Below the pieces are notes generated by a model that made no database searches, had not been told where the DNA came from, and saw only the letters and a program-made list of their open reading frames with translations. Position numbers and translations under genes: made by a program. Of a stretch of DNA of 53,394 nucleotides, positions 17,466 to 27,027 are shown piece after piece. The stretch is taken from positions 1 to 53,394 of IMG/VR virus record IMGVR_UViG_3300031519_003499; one strand, given 5' to 3'. Origin of the DNA: a virus. Its lineage: Duplodnaviria; Caudoviricetes. Position 1 is the first letter of the stretch. Each line of letters opens with the position of its first letter.

Positions 17466-18341
17466 TTAATCTCCTAATAGTTTTTCAAGTGTCATTGGTC
17501 CAGCAATACCATCAGCAGTTAAGCCGTTAGCAGTTTGCCATGCTTTAAGCGCACGTTCTGTACCTGGACCAAATGCTCCGTCTGCACCAACGCCTAATGC
17601 TTCTTGCATCATCTTAACGCCTTCGCCACGTGAGCCTTTGCGTAGTACACCAATGTCTTCGATTTCAAAATCATCATCGCCTGCATCTTCTGTAATACTA
17701 ACTGGGTTGCCAAATACTTCCATTGCTTTCTTATAACGTGATTGACGATCTGCAAGACCAATGTTACCACCATTAATCTTCTTAGTCATGCGTGTTACAT
17801 CATCTGTGTCAGCAATTGAATTTAGTTTGTTTGAATCCCAGAACCAACAAGCACTTTCTACAGCACCTTTAGGAGTTGCAACATACACTGCTGCTTCCTC
17901 AGCTGACATTCCTACTGTTTTAGCAAAACGTGTGTAGTTCTCGCGCCCAGTAAGTTGTTTTAGTCCACGTCCTCGAAATAACCAACCGTCACCAGGATTT
18001 ACATTGCCCATTTTATACTTACGGAACTCGTCTTGATACACATAGTTCGCAATCTTTTCTGGATTACGAGCATATTCTGCTGCATTGCGTTTTGTTCCGC
18101 CTGTACCAAAGTAACGTCCAAACACTGCATTGAGTGCTTTTTCACTGTAGTTTAAGTTTTCGGATAAACTACGGAAGTTGTTTGATTCATGTGCGCACTG
18201 ACTAATAAAGTGTGCTGCTCGTCTTGCAGTATTAATACCGTATTTGGGCATTACTGCTACTAGTGCTTCGTACCAAGCATCAACATCTTTGTTGCCTGGG
18301 ATTAACTTGGCCAGATGACCTTGTTGTAGTTCAAAACTCAT
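17466..18341 (-). CDS. GH19 endolysin with C-terminal peptidoglycan-binding domain
   Basis: HES...ENLNYS, FRGRGLKQLTGRENY, TKKINGG; LRKGSRGEGVK...DGIAG. Confidence 0.92.
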   Translation of the reverse strand: MSFELQQGHLAKLIPGNKDVDAWYEALVAVMPKYGINTARRAAHFISQCAHESNNFRSLSENLNYSEKALNAVFGRYFGTGGTKRNAAEYARNPEKIANYVYQDEFRKYKMGNVNPGDGWLFRGRGLKQLTGRENYTRFAKTVGMSAEEAAVYVATPKGAVESACWFWDSNKLNSIADTDDVTRMTKKINGGNIGLADRQSRYKKAMEVFGNPVSITEDAGDDDFEIEDIGVLRKGSRGEGVKMMQEALGVGADGAFGPGTERALKAWQTANGLTADGIAGPMTLEKLLGD

Positions 18342-18372
18342 ATCTAAATCCTTATATTATCTCTAACAGTAC

Positions 18373-19083
18373 TTATTCTAATCGTTCTACGATTAAAGTA
18401 CTTGTGGCATTTTCGAAAACAAATTGATCGTTATATTTTGTTATGTTGTAATCGCCCAACATCTTTGTAAGATACATACATTCTGAGATTGCCGTAGTTG
18501 ACAATTGAATTGTACCTTCAGGTTTTATATTATCGCCAAATTCAACTACTTTGAGTTTAACAGGCTGGGCATATACTTTCATTAGGTTTAGTGTTTCGTC
18601 TAATAAGTGTACGTCCTTTAAAAAACTTTGATTAAAAAAGTTATCATAATTATTTAAATTCGATTCGTTTACTACATTGTAGTAAGATTCTGAATCCATA
18701 GGAATTGTTTCTTCTAACGATACTTCATTGGCATCTGTACTTTTAAAGCCTTTGTAGTATCTAAATCTAAAGCCGTCAATTTCTGTTAGTTCCTTGACAC
18801 CATATAGCATTTCTAATATATTTTTTGGAACATCTTTATTGCGTTCTATTTCAACAAATACACGATACATTCCATCAGACATTTCGCCTGCACTTACATC
18901 TGCATCGAGTACAAATCCGTATCCTTTTTCGATAAAATTCATAAGATCCGTTGCTGGTGCTTTGTCTTGAACAATAAAGCTACATACAACAATATCTTTG
19001 TCATCGCCCATTTTAGATGCATATGAATCAACTTCAAAAACATCATAAACTAAATGCTTTAAATCTCCCTTGCGAAGTCCCAT
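18373..19083 (-). CDS. Hypothetical phage protein
   Basis: 236 aa ORF, TAATG-coupled to the upstream gene. Confidence 0.75.
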   Translation of the reverse strand: MGLRKGDLKHLVYDVFEVDSYASKMGDDKDIVVCSFIVQDKAPATDLMNFIEKGYGFVLDADVSAGEMSDGMYRVFVEIERNKDVPKNILEMLYGVKELTEIDGFRFRYYKGFKSTDANEVSLEETIPMDSESYYNVVNESNLNNYDNFFNQSFLKDVHLLDETLNLMKVYAQPVKLKVVEFGDNIKPEGTIQLSTTAISECMYLTKMLGDYNITKYNDQFVFENATSTLIVERLE

Positions 19084-19595
19084 TATTCAATGCCTCCAGC
19101 TGTGTCTAATTCTACTTCTGGTGTTTCTAATTCAGGTGTTGCAATAGTTGTAGCTGCTGCTAGTTGTGCCTCAACTTGTGTTTTATATCCCGTATACATA
19201 TCCATGATTAGTTTTTTAGGCATCATAACTTCGCATATCCAAATAGGATTGCGATCAAGTTTACCTTTAGTAGTACCAGGGCGTAAATCGTCTGAAGTTC
19301 TAATTGCACGAGCTTCTATTATTGAGCTCTTGCCCATTTTAACTTTGCAATCGTAGTCTAATAATTTCTTAGCACCAGTTGGATCTGGCATATTGTTTTC
19401 TTTCCACATAAAGGAACATTTAACCCAGTGTCGGTCAATAATTGGACCTTCTATTAGTTCGCCGTCCTTCCAATTAGCATATACATACATATCTAATTCG
19501 TCTAGCACTCTTTCAAAGTCCTTGAGTACAGTTAAGCTTGTAGTACTTTCGTAAATTGTGTTAATGTTTTTAATAATATCAATAGTATCGATCAT
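19083..19595 (-). CDS. Hypothetical phage protein
   Basis: 170 aa ORF; TAAATA at 19627-19632. Confidence 0.75.
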   Translation of the reverse strand: MIDTIDIIKNINTIYESTTSLTVLKDFERVLDELDMYVYANWKDGELIEGPIIDRHWVKCSFMWKENNMPDPTGAKKLLDYDCKVKMGKSSIIEARAIRTSDDLRPGTTKGKLDRNPIWICEVMMPKKLIMDMYTGYKTQVEAQLAAATTIATPELETPEVELDTAGGIE

Positions 19596-19679
19596 GTGAT
19601 TACTTTCCAGATTGTCTTCTTATACTTATTTATCGCCTAACAATCATAACAAGAAGTTTTTTCTCAGAGATTAAAAGAC

Positions 19680-19751
19680 TAAATATCTTTGTAGGACGAG
19701 AAAATGTGTCCGACTTTGGACATGCACTCCTACTAACAAGGAGACTTATAC
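19680..19751 (+). promoter_or_regulatory. TAAATA promoter and structured phoH leader with alternative SD-sequestering pairing
   Basis: GTAGGA/TCCTAC competes with CTCCT/AGGAG; inner stem TGTGTCC/GGACATG. Confidence 0.5.
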
Positions 19752-20492
19752 ATGGGTTCGAAAAGAGCTAAAGTTAATAAAAATGCTAAATCTAATAGCA
19801 AGTCATCGGCGAATATTATTTCGTTCAAAGAGCACCTTCCAAATAAAAAGGACCAAGTAAAAATACTTCCAAGAAATAAGACCCAAGAAACATACCTGTT
19901 AAAACTTCTAGATCCTTCGAAAAACATAGTTTTCGCAATAGGACCAGCAGGAACTGGTAAGACACTATTAGCAGTGCAGGCAGCGGTGAAAGATTTCAAA
20001 GAAGGCAAAGTAGAAAAAATTATCGTTACGCGACCAGCAGTATCAGTTGACGAAGATCTCGGACACTTACCAGGGACGTTAGAAGAAAAAATGGCTCCTT
20101 GGACAAGACCTATATTTGACGTATTACGTGAATATTTCTTTGCAAGTGAAATTACACAAATGATTCAAGAGGGAGTTATTGAAATATCACCGTTGGCTTA
20201 TATGCGTGGTAGAACATTTAAACACTCTTTTATTATTGCAGACGAAATGCAAAATGCAACTCCAAATCAAATGAAAATGTTATTAACAAGATTAGGCGAG
20301 GGCTCTAATATGGTTGTAACAGGTGATTTGAATCAAGCTGATAGAATGAAAGACAACGGTTTAATTGACTTTGTTAGAAAGTTAGAAGAAACTCCGAGCG
20401 ACATGCTAGAAGTTGTTACATTCCACAGAGGAGACATTGAGCGCCATGCAGCAGTAGGCGAAGTGCTTAAAGTTTACAAAGACGTAGGATAA
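19752..20492 (+). CDS. phoH: PhoH-family ATPase
   Basis: GPAGTGKT, TRPAV, LAYMRGRTF, DEMQN, GDLNQAD. Confidence 0.96.
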   Translation: MGSKRAKVNKNAKSNSKSSANIISFKEHLPNKKDQVKILPRNKTQETYLLKLLDPSKNIVFAIGPAGTGKTLLAVQAAVKDFKEGKVEKIIVTRPAVSVDEDLGHLPGTLEEKMAPWTRPIFDVLREYFFASEITQMIQEGVIEISPLAYMRGRTFKHSFIIADEMQNATPNQMKMLLTRLGEGSNMVVTGDLNQADRMKDNGLIDFVRKLEETPSDMLEVVTFHRGDIERHAAVGEVLKVYKDVG

Positions 20493-20504
20493 CACTTGAT
20501 TTAG

Positions 20505-20543
20505 CTGTGTACTGCAATATCTTTCTTCGCAGTACACAGCAGC
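20505..20543. repeat. Palindromic element, copy 1 (stem CTGTGTACTGC/GCAGTACACAG); possible terminator
   Basis: 30/39 nt identical to 21783-21821 by manual alignment. Confidence 0.65.
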
Positions 20544-20588
20544 CATTGCACTAAATAAATTACACAAAACTACAATTTAAGGTTGAGT

Positions 20589-21731
20589 ATGTCTTTACAA
20601 AATAGCAATACATATTGTCCTCTTCCGTGGGCACATAGATATGTTACCACCCACGGCAATGCATTGCCGTGCTGTGCGTTTAAATCAAAAAATAAATCTC
20701 CAGACTTTCAAGCGATTAAACACAGTATGTTAAATGGTAAAGAAGTAGATGGCTGCCGTAGTTGTTATTCAAATGAAAAGGCAGGTGTTCATTCTTTAAG
20801 ACAGTCTTCAATAGAAAAGTATGGGACACCCGAAGAAGTTGTTTCTAGTTTAGAAATCTCATTTGACAATATATGTAATTTTAAATGTAGATCATGTAAT
20901 AGTCTTTACAGTCATTTAATTAGAGAAGATGAAATTAAAATTCTAGGAGTACCTCTAACAGAAAAAAAATATCTTTCACATAATTATCATGATAAGATCG
21001 ATTATGAAAATTTAAAAAAGTTTGCTGCGCACGGCGGCGAACCCTTGCTAAGTCCAAAGTTTAAAGCTTTCTGCAATCGCATGCTACTTCACGACTCTAT
21101 TACAGAACTTTGTGCAACTATAACAACTAATGGGTCTATAGTCCCTCAAGATGATATATATGATTTTATTATTTCTGTAAAAGATTTAAAAGTTAATATA
21201 AGCATAGATGGTTATGGAAAATTAAATGAATATATAAGGAGATCATCCGACTGGGCGTTGATAGCAAAAAATTTAGATTTTTTTAATAAATTAATTAGCG
21301 CAAGGGGGAATAAAAAAACACATATAAATATACATACAACAGTGAGTTGCTATAATGTTAATAAATTACAGGAATTAGATAACTTTATAGAAAACATGTT
21401 CCCCAAATTTACAACTTCAAAAGCATGTGTACAAAGTCCCGAAATGTTTTCTATTAGAAATTTTCCTAAAGAATACAAAAATCAGTTAATGCCGTTTTTA
21501 GAAAAGTATCCTGACATAATCAAAATCCTTTACCAAGAACCTACTAAATCTTTTGACTATGTTGTGTATATGCATAACAAATATAAAGAGTTAGATCAAA
21601 CTTCTTTAGAAGGAAAAAATGATTTATTATTAGACTATCTATCAAATTATTCCAAAATAAATTATAACGAAGAAGAAGCTATACAAGATCACGAGTCAGT
21701 GGTGACGATAGTAAGAAACAAAGATTGGTAA
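20589..21731 (+). CDS. Radical SAM protein with N-terminal SPASM/twitch-like Cys cluster
   Basis: CNFKCRSC, GGEPLL, TTNGS, ISIDG; N-terminal CPLPW...PCC...CRSC; TAAATA at 20552-20557. Confidence 0.88.
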   Translation: MSLQNSNTYCPLPWAHRYVTTHGNALPCCAFKSKNKSPDFQAIKHSMLNGKEVDGCRSCYSNEKAGVHSLRQSSIEKYGTPEEVVSSLEISFDNICNFKCRSCNSLYSHLIREDEIKILGVPLTEKKYLSHNYHDKIDYENLKKFAAHGGEPLLSPKFKAFCNRMLLHDSITELCATITTNGSIVPQDDIYDFIISVKDLKVNISIDGYGKLNEYIRRSSDWALIAKNLDFFNKLISARGNKKTHINIHTTVSCYNVNKLQELDNFIENMFPKFTTSKACVQSPEMFSIRNFPKEYKNQLMPFLEKYPDIIKILYQEPTKSFDYVVYMHNKYKELDQTSLEGKNDLLLDYLSNYSKINYNEEEAIQDHESVVTIVRNKDW

Positions 21732-21734
21732 TTA

Positions 21735-22160
21735 TTAAACTTTAACTATTCTAACATCAGACTTATTTAAAAAGTCTAAGCCCTGTGTACTACGATATTC
21801 ATTTTTGTAGTACACAGTAGCTATCCCACTTTGATAAATCAACTTAGCGCACTCTATACAAGGTTGATGCGTAACAAACATTGTTGCACCTAATCCACTT
21901 TCACTACTTTTAGCTAATTTCGCAACTGCATTGCTTTCCGCATGGAGTACTTCAGCTTTTGTTGTTAGTTTGAAATCAGCGCCGTCGCCCGTGTGTGTCT
22001 CACAACAGTTATCCCATCCAGCAGGCATACCGTTATAGCCGATGCTAATAATACGATCATCTTTAACAACAATAGCACCAACTTGCAAGCGTACTGCTGA
22101 ACTTAGTTTTGCAAAACTTTCAGCAACTTCCATATATGTTGTTATAAATTTAGGTTTCAT
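21735..22160 (-). CDS. dCMP deaminase
   Basis: HAESNA and PCIEC zinc motifs; IISIGYNG. Confidence 0.93.
   Translation of the reverse strand: MKPKFITTYMEVAESFAKLSSAVRLQVGAIVVKDDRIISIGYNGMPAGWDNCCETHTGDGADFKLTTKAEVLHAESNAVAKLAKSSESGLGATMFVTHQPCIECAKLIYQSGIATVYYKNEYRSTQGLDFLNKSDVRIVKV
21783..21821. repeat. Palindromic element, copy 2 (stem CTGTGTACTAC/GTAGTACACAG) inside the dCMP deaminase 3' end
   Basis: Imperfect direct repeat of 20505-20543 with a compensatory G-C to A-T change. Confidence 0.65.
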
Positions 22161-22163
22161 TTA

Positions 22164-22394
22164 TCATTCTTTCAATAACATTATCAAGTATTCATTCTTT
22201 GTGTATATCAACTGCCAACTCCACCCTTTAATAGGTGGACGTCCTGTGTCATCGTACAATATATGCACAATGTGATACTTTGTCAACCATATTCGTTTTT
22301 TGTTAAAAGTACTACGTGTAGGCCACCAAGCAAATCGTTCTTCGTGTTGTTCTTGATCTTTCAGCCTACTACCATAGTACCCATGTCCCATCAT
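22164..22394 (-). CDS. Hypothetical protein
   Basis: 76 aa; FAWWP..S...KRIWL motif; ATGA overlap with thyA stop. Confidence 0.6.
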   Translation of the reverse strand: MMGHGYYGSRLKDQEQHEERFAWWPTRSTFNKKRIWLTKYHIVHILYDDTGRPPIKGWSWQLIYTKNEYLIMLLKE

Positions 22395-23239
22395 ACCGCC
22401 ATAGGCGCTTTAATGGTGGGCATTGGATCATAGTCTAAGAGTGCGTATGCGCTTGTCTTAGTAGCCAGTAGTTCGGTTAGTGTTGTAAACTCGGGCAGTT
22501 GTAATACAGGTCCTGCTACAGGTGTACGCTCTAGTTGTTGCTTAACTTGCTCTGTGTGATTATTATAGATGTGACAATCGCCGCCGCTCCAAACAAAGTC
22601 TCCTACTTCTAAGTTGCATAGCTGTGCTAACATATGTGTAAGCAAACTATACGATGCAATGTTAAAAGGTACGCCTAAAAACATATCTGCACTACGTTGA
22701 TACAGCTGACAGCTTAGTTTGCCATTTATTACTTTAAACTGTGCAAATGCATGACACGGAGGTAGCGCCATTTTGTCTAGCTTGCTTGGGTTCCAGGCAC
22801 TTACGATAATACGTCTACTGTTAGGATTGTTTTTAAGTTGGTCTATAACAGATGCAATTTGATCTACGCTATCGCCGTTAAAGTCTCTCCATTGACTGCC
22901 GTATACAGGACCAAGCTCTCCGTCTGTATAGCCTAGTGCTACGCCCTGCTGGTTGAAGTTAGCAGTCCAAATAGTATTCTTGTCTCTAAGTTCACTGCGA
23001 TCTTTTTCAAATAGTATTTCAGCAAGCCTGCGCTCGTCTGTACTGCCTTCTAAGAACCACAGTAGTTCGCTTACAACGCTTTTCCAGGCAAGTCGCTTAG
23101 TAGTTACTGCGGGAAAACTATCACGCAAATTAAAGCGCATTTGATAGCCAAACACTGTGCGAGTGCCAACACCTGTTCTGTCACTTACATCTTCACCGTT
23201 ATCTAGAATGTATTGTAAAGCGTCCAAGTACTGCTTCAT
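22391..23239 (-). CDS. thyA: Thymidylate synthase ThyA
   Basis: [34 protein letters not shown]; start at 23239 by ATGA overlap with folA. Confidence 0.97.
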   Translation of the reverse strand: MKQYLDALQYILDNGEDVSDRTGVGTRTVFGYQMRFNLRDSFPAVTTKRLAWKSVVSELLWFLEGSTDERRLAEILFEKDRSELRDKNTIWTANFNQQGVALGYTDGELGPVYGSQWRDFNGDSVDQIASVIDQLKNNPNSRRIIVSAWNPSKLDKMALPPCHAFAQFKVINGKLSCQLYQRSADMFLGVPFNIASYSLLTHMLAQLCNLEVGDFVWSGGDCHIYNNHTEQVKQQLERTPVAGPVLQLPEFTTLTELLATKTSAYALLDYDPMPTIKAPMAV

Positions 23240-23733
23240 GATGTTTTCCGTTTCTTCCAAATTTCAAAAGTGACACCGTCATTTGTATCATCTACCCAGG
23301 TGCGTTCAAACAAACTTTCAATCTTCTTTAACGGTAAGAATGTATCACACGCATATTCACCTGGAATACGACTAATATAAAATTCGTCAATAACACCTAG
23401 TGTTTGTTCGATAATATTAGGGCCACCTATAACCCAAGTAATAACACCTTCGTTTATATACTCGATATGTTTTACTTCACTGTTTAAATCACCAGTAATA
23501 TACATGTCTGCACCTGGATAGTCATCTTTACGTGTAGTTACTAGTACATTAGTACGCTTTGGCAAAGGTCTTGGCATGTCAGGATCTTCCCAAGTAGTAG
23601 ATCCCATTACAACAATATCGTTTACTGTATTACTTTTAAACCATTTAAGGTCTGTGCTATTGTGCGGCCACGGTAGTGTACCGTCTTTGCTTACTCCGCC
23701 TGTATCGTCACACGCTAGTATTGCTTTAATCAT
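23236..23733 (-). CDS. folA: Dihydrofolate reductase
   Basis: LPWP...[28 protein letters not shown]. Confidence 0.93.
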   Translation of the reverse strand: MIKAILACDDTGGVSKDGTLPWPHNSTDLKWFKSNTVNDIVVMGSTTWEDPDMPRPLPKRTNVLVTTRKDDYPGADMYITGDLNSEVKHIEYINEGVITWVIGGPNIIEQTLGVIDEFYISRIPGEYACDTFLPLKKIESLFERTWVDDTNDGVTFEIWKKRKTS

Positions 23734-24078
23734 TTAATTTCCTTCACCTGGATTTATTGAGAGCAAATCTAATTTACCTTCAACACCTGCCCATGCTTTA
23801 TGATCCTCAATAGGATCTTGTTGTTCTGTTATATTGGGCCAAATTAAACTATACTTTGTATTAATCTCAAGCCATTTTGCTCTATCTGGTTCTTGAATTC
23901 CAGTATCAGCAACAATTGCATCCACAGGACACTCTGGCTCACAGACGCCGCAATCAATACATTCATCGGGATTAATAACTAAGAAATTTTCACCTTCGTA
24001 AAAACAATCCACCGGACACACTGATACACAATCAGTATGCTTGCATTTGATACAATCCTCAGTTACCAAGTAAGTCAT
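23734..24078 (-). CDS. fdxA: 7Fe ferredoxin (FdxA type)
   Basis: [18 protein letters not shown] and [12 protein letters not shown]. Confidence 0.95.
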   Translation of the reverse strand: MTYLVTEDCIKCKHTDCVSVCPVDCFYEGENFLVINPDECIDCGVCEPECPVDAIVADTGIQEPDRAKWLEINTKYSLIWPNITEQQDPIEDHKAWAGVEGKLDLLSINPGEGN

Positions 24079-24995
24079 TATAGTCGTCCTAATCTTATAA
24101 GCGTAGCTGCTAAGTTAATCTCCGGGTCTGCTACCAATGCATGATCTACCAGCCCTTGTTTAATAATTAGCACAGCTGAGTCTTGTTGCTCTTCGTTTCC
24201 GAACAGTTCAATGTTGTCATACAACCAACGATATATCTCGTCCATTTCTTCTAGAAATACTTGACTGCAAATAAGCTTACGTGCTTCTGTAATCTTGCCT
24301 GCTTTAAACAAGTCAACCATTTCAAGTTTATAGTCTTGAGTAGAACTATCAGCTTTAACCCTAGTAAGTTTATTTGCTTGTGTGTTTTGCTGTACTGTGT
24401 TAATAGTTTTACGCAAATCTGGATAGTATGCCTTTACATAACTATCAAGAGTGTCTAAGTCAAATTCGACTTGTTCTGTGATAAGAATCTCTGCTACTCT
24501 TGCTGTAAATTCTGTTTGGTCGATCTTAGCAAAATGCATGTGCTGACAACGACTATGCAGTGCCGGCATAATCTTATTAGGATAGTTACACGTTAGAATA
24601 AATCGCACACTGTGACTATATTCTTCCATTAAGTTACGTAGCGCAGGCTGCACACTTTGAATGTTCATATAGTCTGCTTCATCAATAAGAACAATCTTAT
24701 AATCGCCCCACGGCATAGTCTGACAGAATGTAATAAGTTTGTCAACCCATTCAATCTTACGACCTTCTTTAGAACCGTTTGCAATCAACACGTCTGTGTC
24801 TTGTACGTCAAGCTGATTAATAAGAATCTTAGCAATAGTAGTTTTACCAATACCGGCACTACCACTGAGTAATAAATGCGGAATAGTTCCTTCTTTAATC
24901 CATGCTTGGATTTGTTCTTTTTGCGAAGAGTCTTTAAACACATAGCCGTTAAGTGTGTCAGGACGGTACGCTTCTACCCATAATTTGTTCATCAT
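24078..24995 (-). CDS. Sliding-clamp loader AAA+ subunit (RFC small / T4 gp44-like)
   Basis: [25 protein letters not shown] motif. Confidence 0.93.
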   Translation of the reverse strand: MMNKLWVEAYRPDTLNGYVFKDSSQKEQIQAWIKEGTIPHLLLSGSAGIGKTTIAKILINQLDVQDTDVLIANGSKEGRKIEWVDKLITFCQTMPWGDYKIVLIDEADYMNIQSVQPALRNLMEEYSHSVRFILTCNYPNKIMPALHSRCQHMHFAKIDQTEFTARVAEILITEQVEFDLDTLDSYVKAYYPDLRKTINTVQQNTQANKLTRVKADSSTQDYKLEMVDLFKAGKITEARKLICSQVFLEEMDEIYRWLYDNIELFGNEEQQDSAVLIIKQGLVDHALVADPEINLAATLIRLGRL

Positions 24996-25267
24996 TTAAT
25001 CAACTTACTCCAAGTTTTTAGTTTATTACGCTTACTATCTATTCTAGCATTAATTTCGTCATTTGTCAAGAGGCCACAGTCTACCATTAGTTCAATTAGA
25101 CACTGTACATCGCCCACTTCTTCAAGTAGCTTAACCCGTTGGTCTTCTGTAATTTCTTCAAGTGTTTCAAATTTACGAATAATCTTACTACAACGCTGCG
25201 TAAGCTCTCCACACTCTTCCATAGTAATAACCATTAGCTCTTGTAGCTTATTCATTGTACCTGGCAT
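24992..25267 (-). CDS. MazG-like nucleotide pyrophosphohydrolase
   Basis: MEECGEL...EEVGDV acidic motif. Confidence 0.75.
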   Translation of the reverse strand: MPGTMNKLQELMVITMEECGELTQRCSKIIRKFETLEEITEDQRVKLLEEVGDVQCLIELMVDCGLLTNDEINARIDSKRNKLKTWSKLIK

Positions 25268-25803
25268 TATCTTGTGATCCCTAATTCTTTGTATGCAATT
25301 TGAATTGCTTTAGATTGGTAGTATGCATCTGCTAATGCATTGTGTAAGTCATTTTGTATCAACTTACGTGGATCATTCTTACAGCAGCCAAAAAGCGTTC
25401 TAGAATCCCGTATAATCCAAAAGTTCCACGGAATAGGCATTCCGCCTTGGCGGAACATGTCTTCCATTATGGTATAGTCAAAACCGTATCCCTGTCCCCA
25501 TAATGTATCAACACCAACAACCCATTTGTTAATTTGACGTAAAGCTTCGTCTACACTAACAGCACCAGTTTGGTCAAACGCCTCTTCCATAATCTTAGGA
25601 TCTTGTTTAGCCCACCAAGTAATAGTATCATCACTAGAGGTACGCCCTAAACGATCTTGGTCGTCGATACTAATCTTTAAGTATAGTTCTGAATGTGGTT
25701 CACTGTCATCTAACGGATTAAATTTTACAGCACCTAAACTAAGTACAGTTGCTTGTGGACAAGTGTCAATAGTTTCTAAGTCGATTGTTGCATGTGTAGC
25801 CAT
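25267..25803 (-). CDS. DEDDh 3'-5' exonuclease (DexA / Rv2179c-like)
   Basis: IDLET, FD, RDSRT, HNALADA. Confidence 0.85.
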   Translation of the reverse strand: MATHATIDLETIDTCPQATVLSLGAVKFNPLDDSEPHSELYLKISIDDQDRLGRTSSDDTITWWAKQDPKIMEEAFDQTGAVSVDEALRQINKWVVGVDTLWGQGYGFDYTIMEDMFRQGGMPIPWNFWIIRDSRTLFGCCKNDPRKLIQNDLHNALADAYYQSKAIQIAYKELGITR

Positions 25804-25829
25804 AATAAAACTCCTATCAATTTATACAT

Positions 25830-25858
25830 ATTATAACGCATAAACTGATAGGAGTCAA
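25830..25858 (-). promoter_or_regulatory. sigma70-type promoter nested in an anti-SD inverted repeat
   Basis: TTGACT-17 nt-TATAAT; CTCCTATCA/TGATAGGAG arms at 25811-25819 and 25846-25854. Confidence 0.8.
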
Positions 25859-25870
25859 GTAGTTTTTAAA

Positions 25871-26227
25871 TTATTCTACAAACTTTGCTAGTTCAGGTGC
25901 TTTCCAGCCTTCTGGCTTCAGTACCTTACCATCTTCACGCTTGCGTACTTTGCCTGTTTCTGCATCAATCTTAGCAAAGTTAGTGTTCATTACTTCACGC
26001 CATGCTGCTTCGCCATCCCACCCTGCTGCACGAATAGCACCTACAGTTACAACTAGAATGTCAACTAGTGCGTCGAGTTGTTCTACACGATCATTAGCAG
26101 CCACAGCTTCTACAAGCTCGCCTACTTCTTCGTCAATAAGACCAAGATACATTTTATAGTTTGCTTCGCTTGCTGGTTGATCACATGCTGTTCCGAATGT
26201 GTTTACATCTTCAAATACGTTTGTCAT
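25871..26227 (-). CDS. MazG-like / PRA-PH family NTP pyrophosphohydrolase
   Basis: LIDEEVGEL...LDALVDILVV...NFAK...REDGKVLKP. Confidence 0.85.
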   Translation of the reverse strand: MTNVFEDVNTFGTACDQPASEANYKMYLGLIDEEVGELVEAVAANDRVEQLDALVDILVVTVGAIRAAGWDGEAAWREVMNTNFAKIDAETGKVRKREDGKVLKPEGWKAPELAKFVE

Positions 26228-26235
26228 ATTATTTT

Positions 26236-26628
26236 CTAGTTTGCTCCAAAATCTTCTGGTCTAACACTAAAGGATCCTGCATCAGTAGCAGTTCCTGAAA
26301 TTACGTCTTGTGGCTTTTCTGTTTGCCAAGCACACACACTTTCGCCTTCAACTGTACGAAGTGTTTGTGTTTCGCCGCTGCCGTCTTCTACTTTAAACCC
26401 ACGTGTCCAACGTCCGTGTTCAACAAGAATCCAATCTCCGACATTGTACTCGTCTTTATTTTCAGGACCTTTAGAATACACTTTGCCCCAACGAGGTTTG
26501 ACGCCGCGATCCTTGCCATCATCTGACGTAATAATAATTCCGCCAGCTGTAACTTGTTCCCCAAAATTCATATCAGATACTATTACACGATCGTATATAG
26601 GTCTGAAGTTACCTTTAGAAATATTCAT
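26236..26628 (-). CDS. groES: Co-chaperonin GroES-like protein
   Basis: RPIYDRVIV...TAGGIII...GKV..KGP...VGDWIL. Confidence 0.82.
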   Translation of the reverse strand: MNISKGNFRPIYDRVIVSDMNFGEQVTAGGIIITSDDGKDRGVKPRWGKVYSKGPENKDEYNVGDWILVEHGRWTRGFKVEDGSGETQTLRTVEGESVCAWQTEKPQDVISGTATDAGSFSVRPEDFGAN

Positions 26629-27002
26629 TATTCACCTTTTTGTATAAAGTTACCGTCTTCGTCTTCTACCCAGTCGTCTGTTGCTGTGTTTGGACTTACA
26701 CTATCTTTTTTTGTTGTTGTTTTTTTAGCTGGCGCTTTTTTAGTTACTAGTGCCGCTGTTTCTTCTGGTTTTTGAATTACTTCATCTTGAATACTTGCTT
26801 GCGAAGCTTCATAGTATTCACGTACTACGTCTTCTCTATTGCGAATAATCTTTCCGCCTTTTCCCAACTCGTCGCCTCGTGCGTTTACACGAGCATTACC
26901 AACTGCCGGAGTTAATTCATAACGCTGTCTTAGCATATCCATGTCAACAGTCTTACCGTTAGCACTTCTATAAACTTTACGTCCTGGTTGTTTCATAGCC
27001 AT
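26628..27002 (-). CDS. Hypothetical phage protein
   Basis: 124 aa; AVGNARVNARGDELGKGG motif; AGGAG SD. Confidence 0.75.
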   Translation of the reverse strand: MAMKQPGRKVYRSANGKTVDMDMLRQRYELTPAVGNARVNARGDELGKGGKIIRNREDVVREYYEASQASIQDEVIQKPEETAALVTKKAPAKKTTTKKDSVSPNTATDDWVEDEDGNFIQKGE

Positions 27003-27027
27003 TTCTATTCTCCTATTATATACTTAC

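Noticed and set aside
22391-23239. Group I intron or homing endonuclease in thyA, as in T4 td
   Set aside because: ORF is continuous and of normal length
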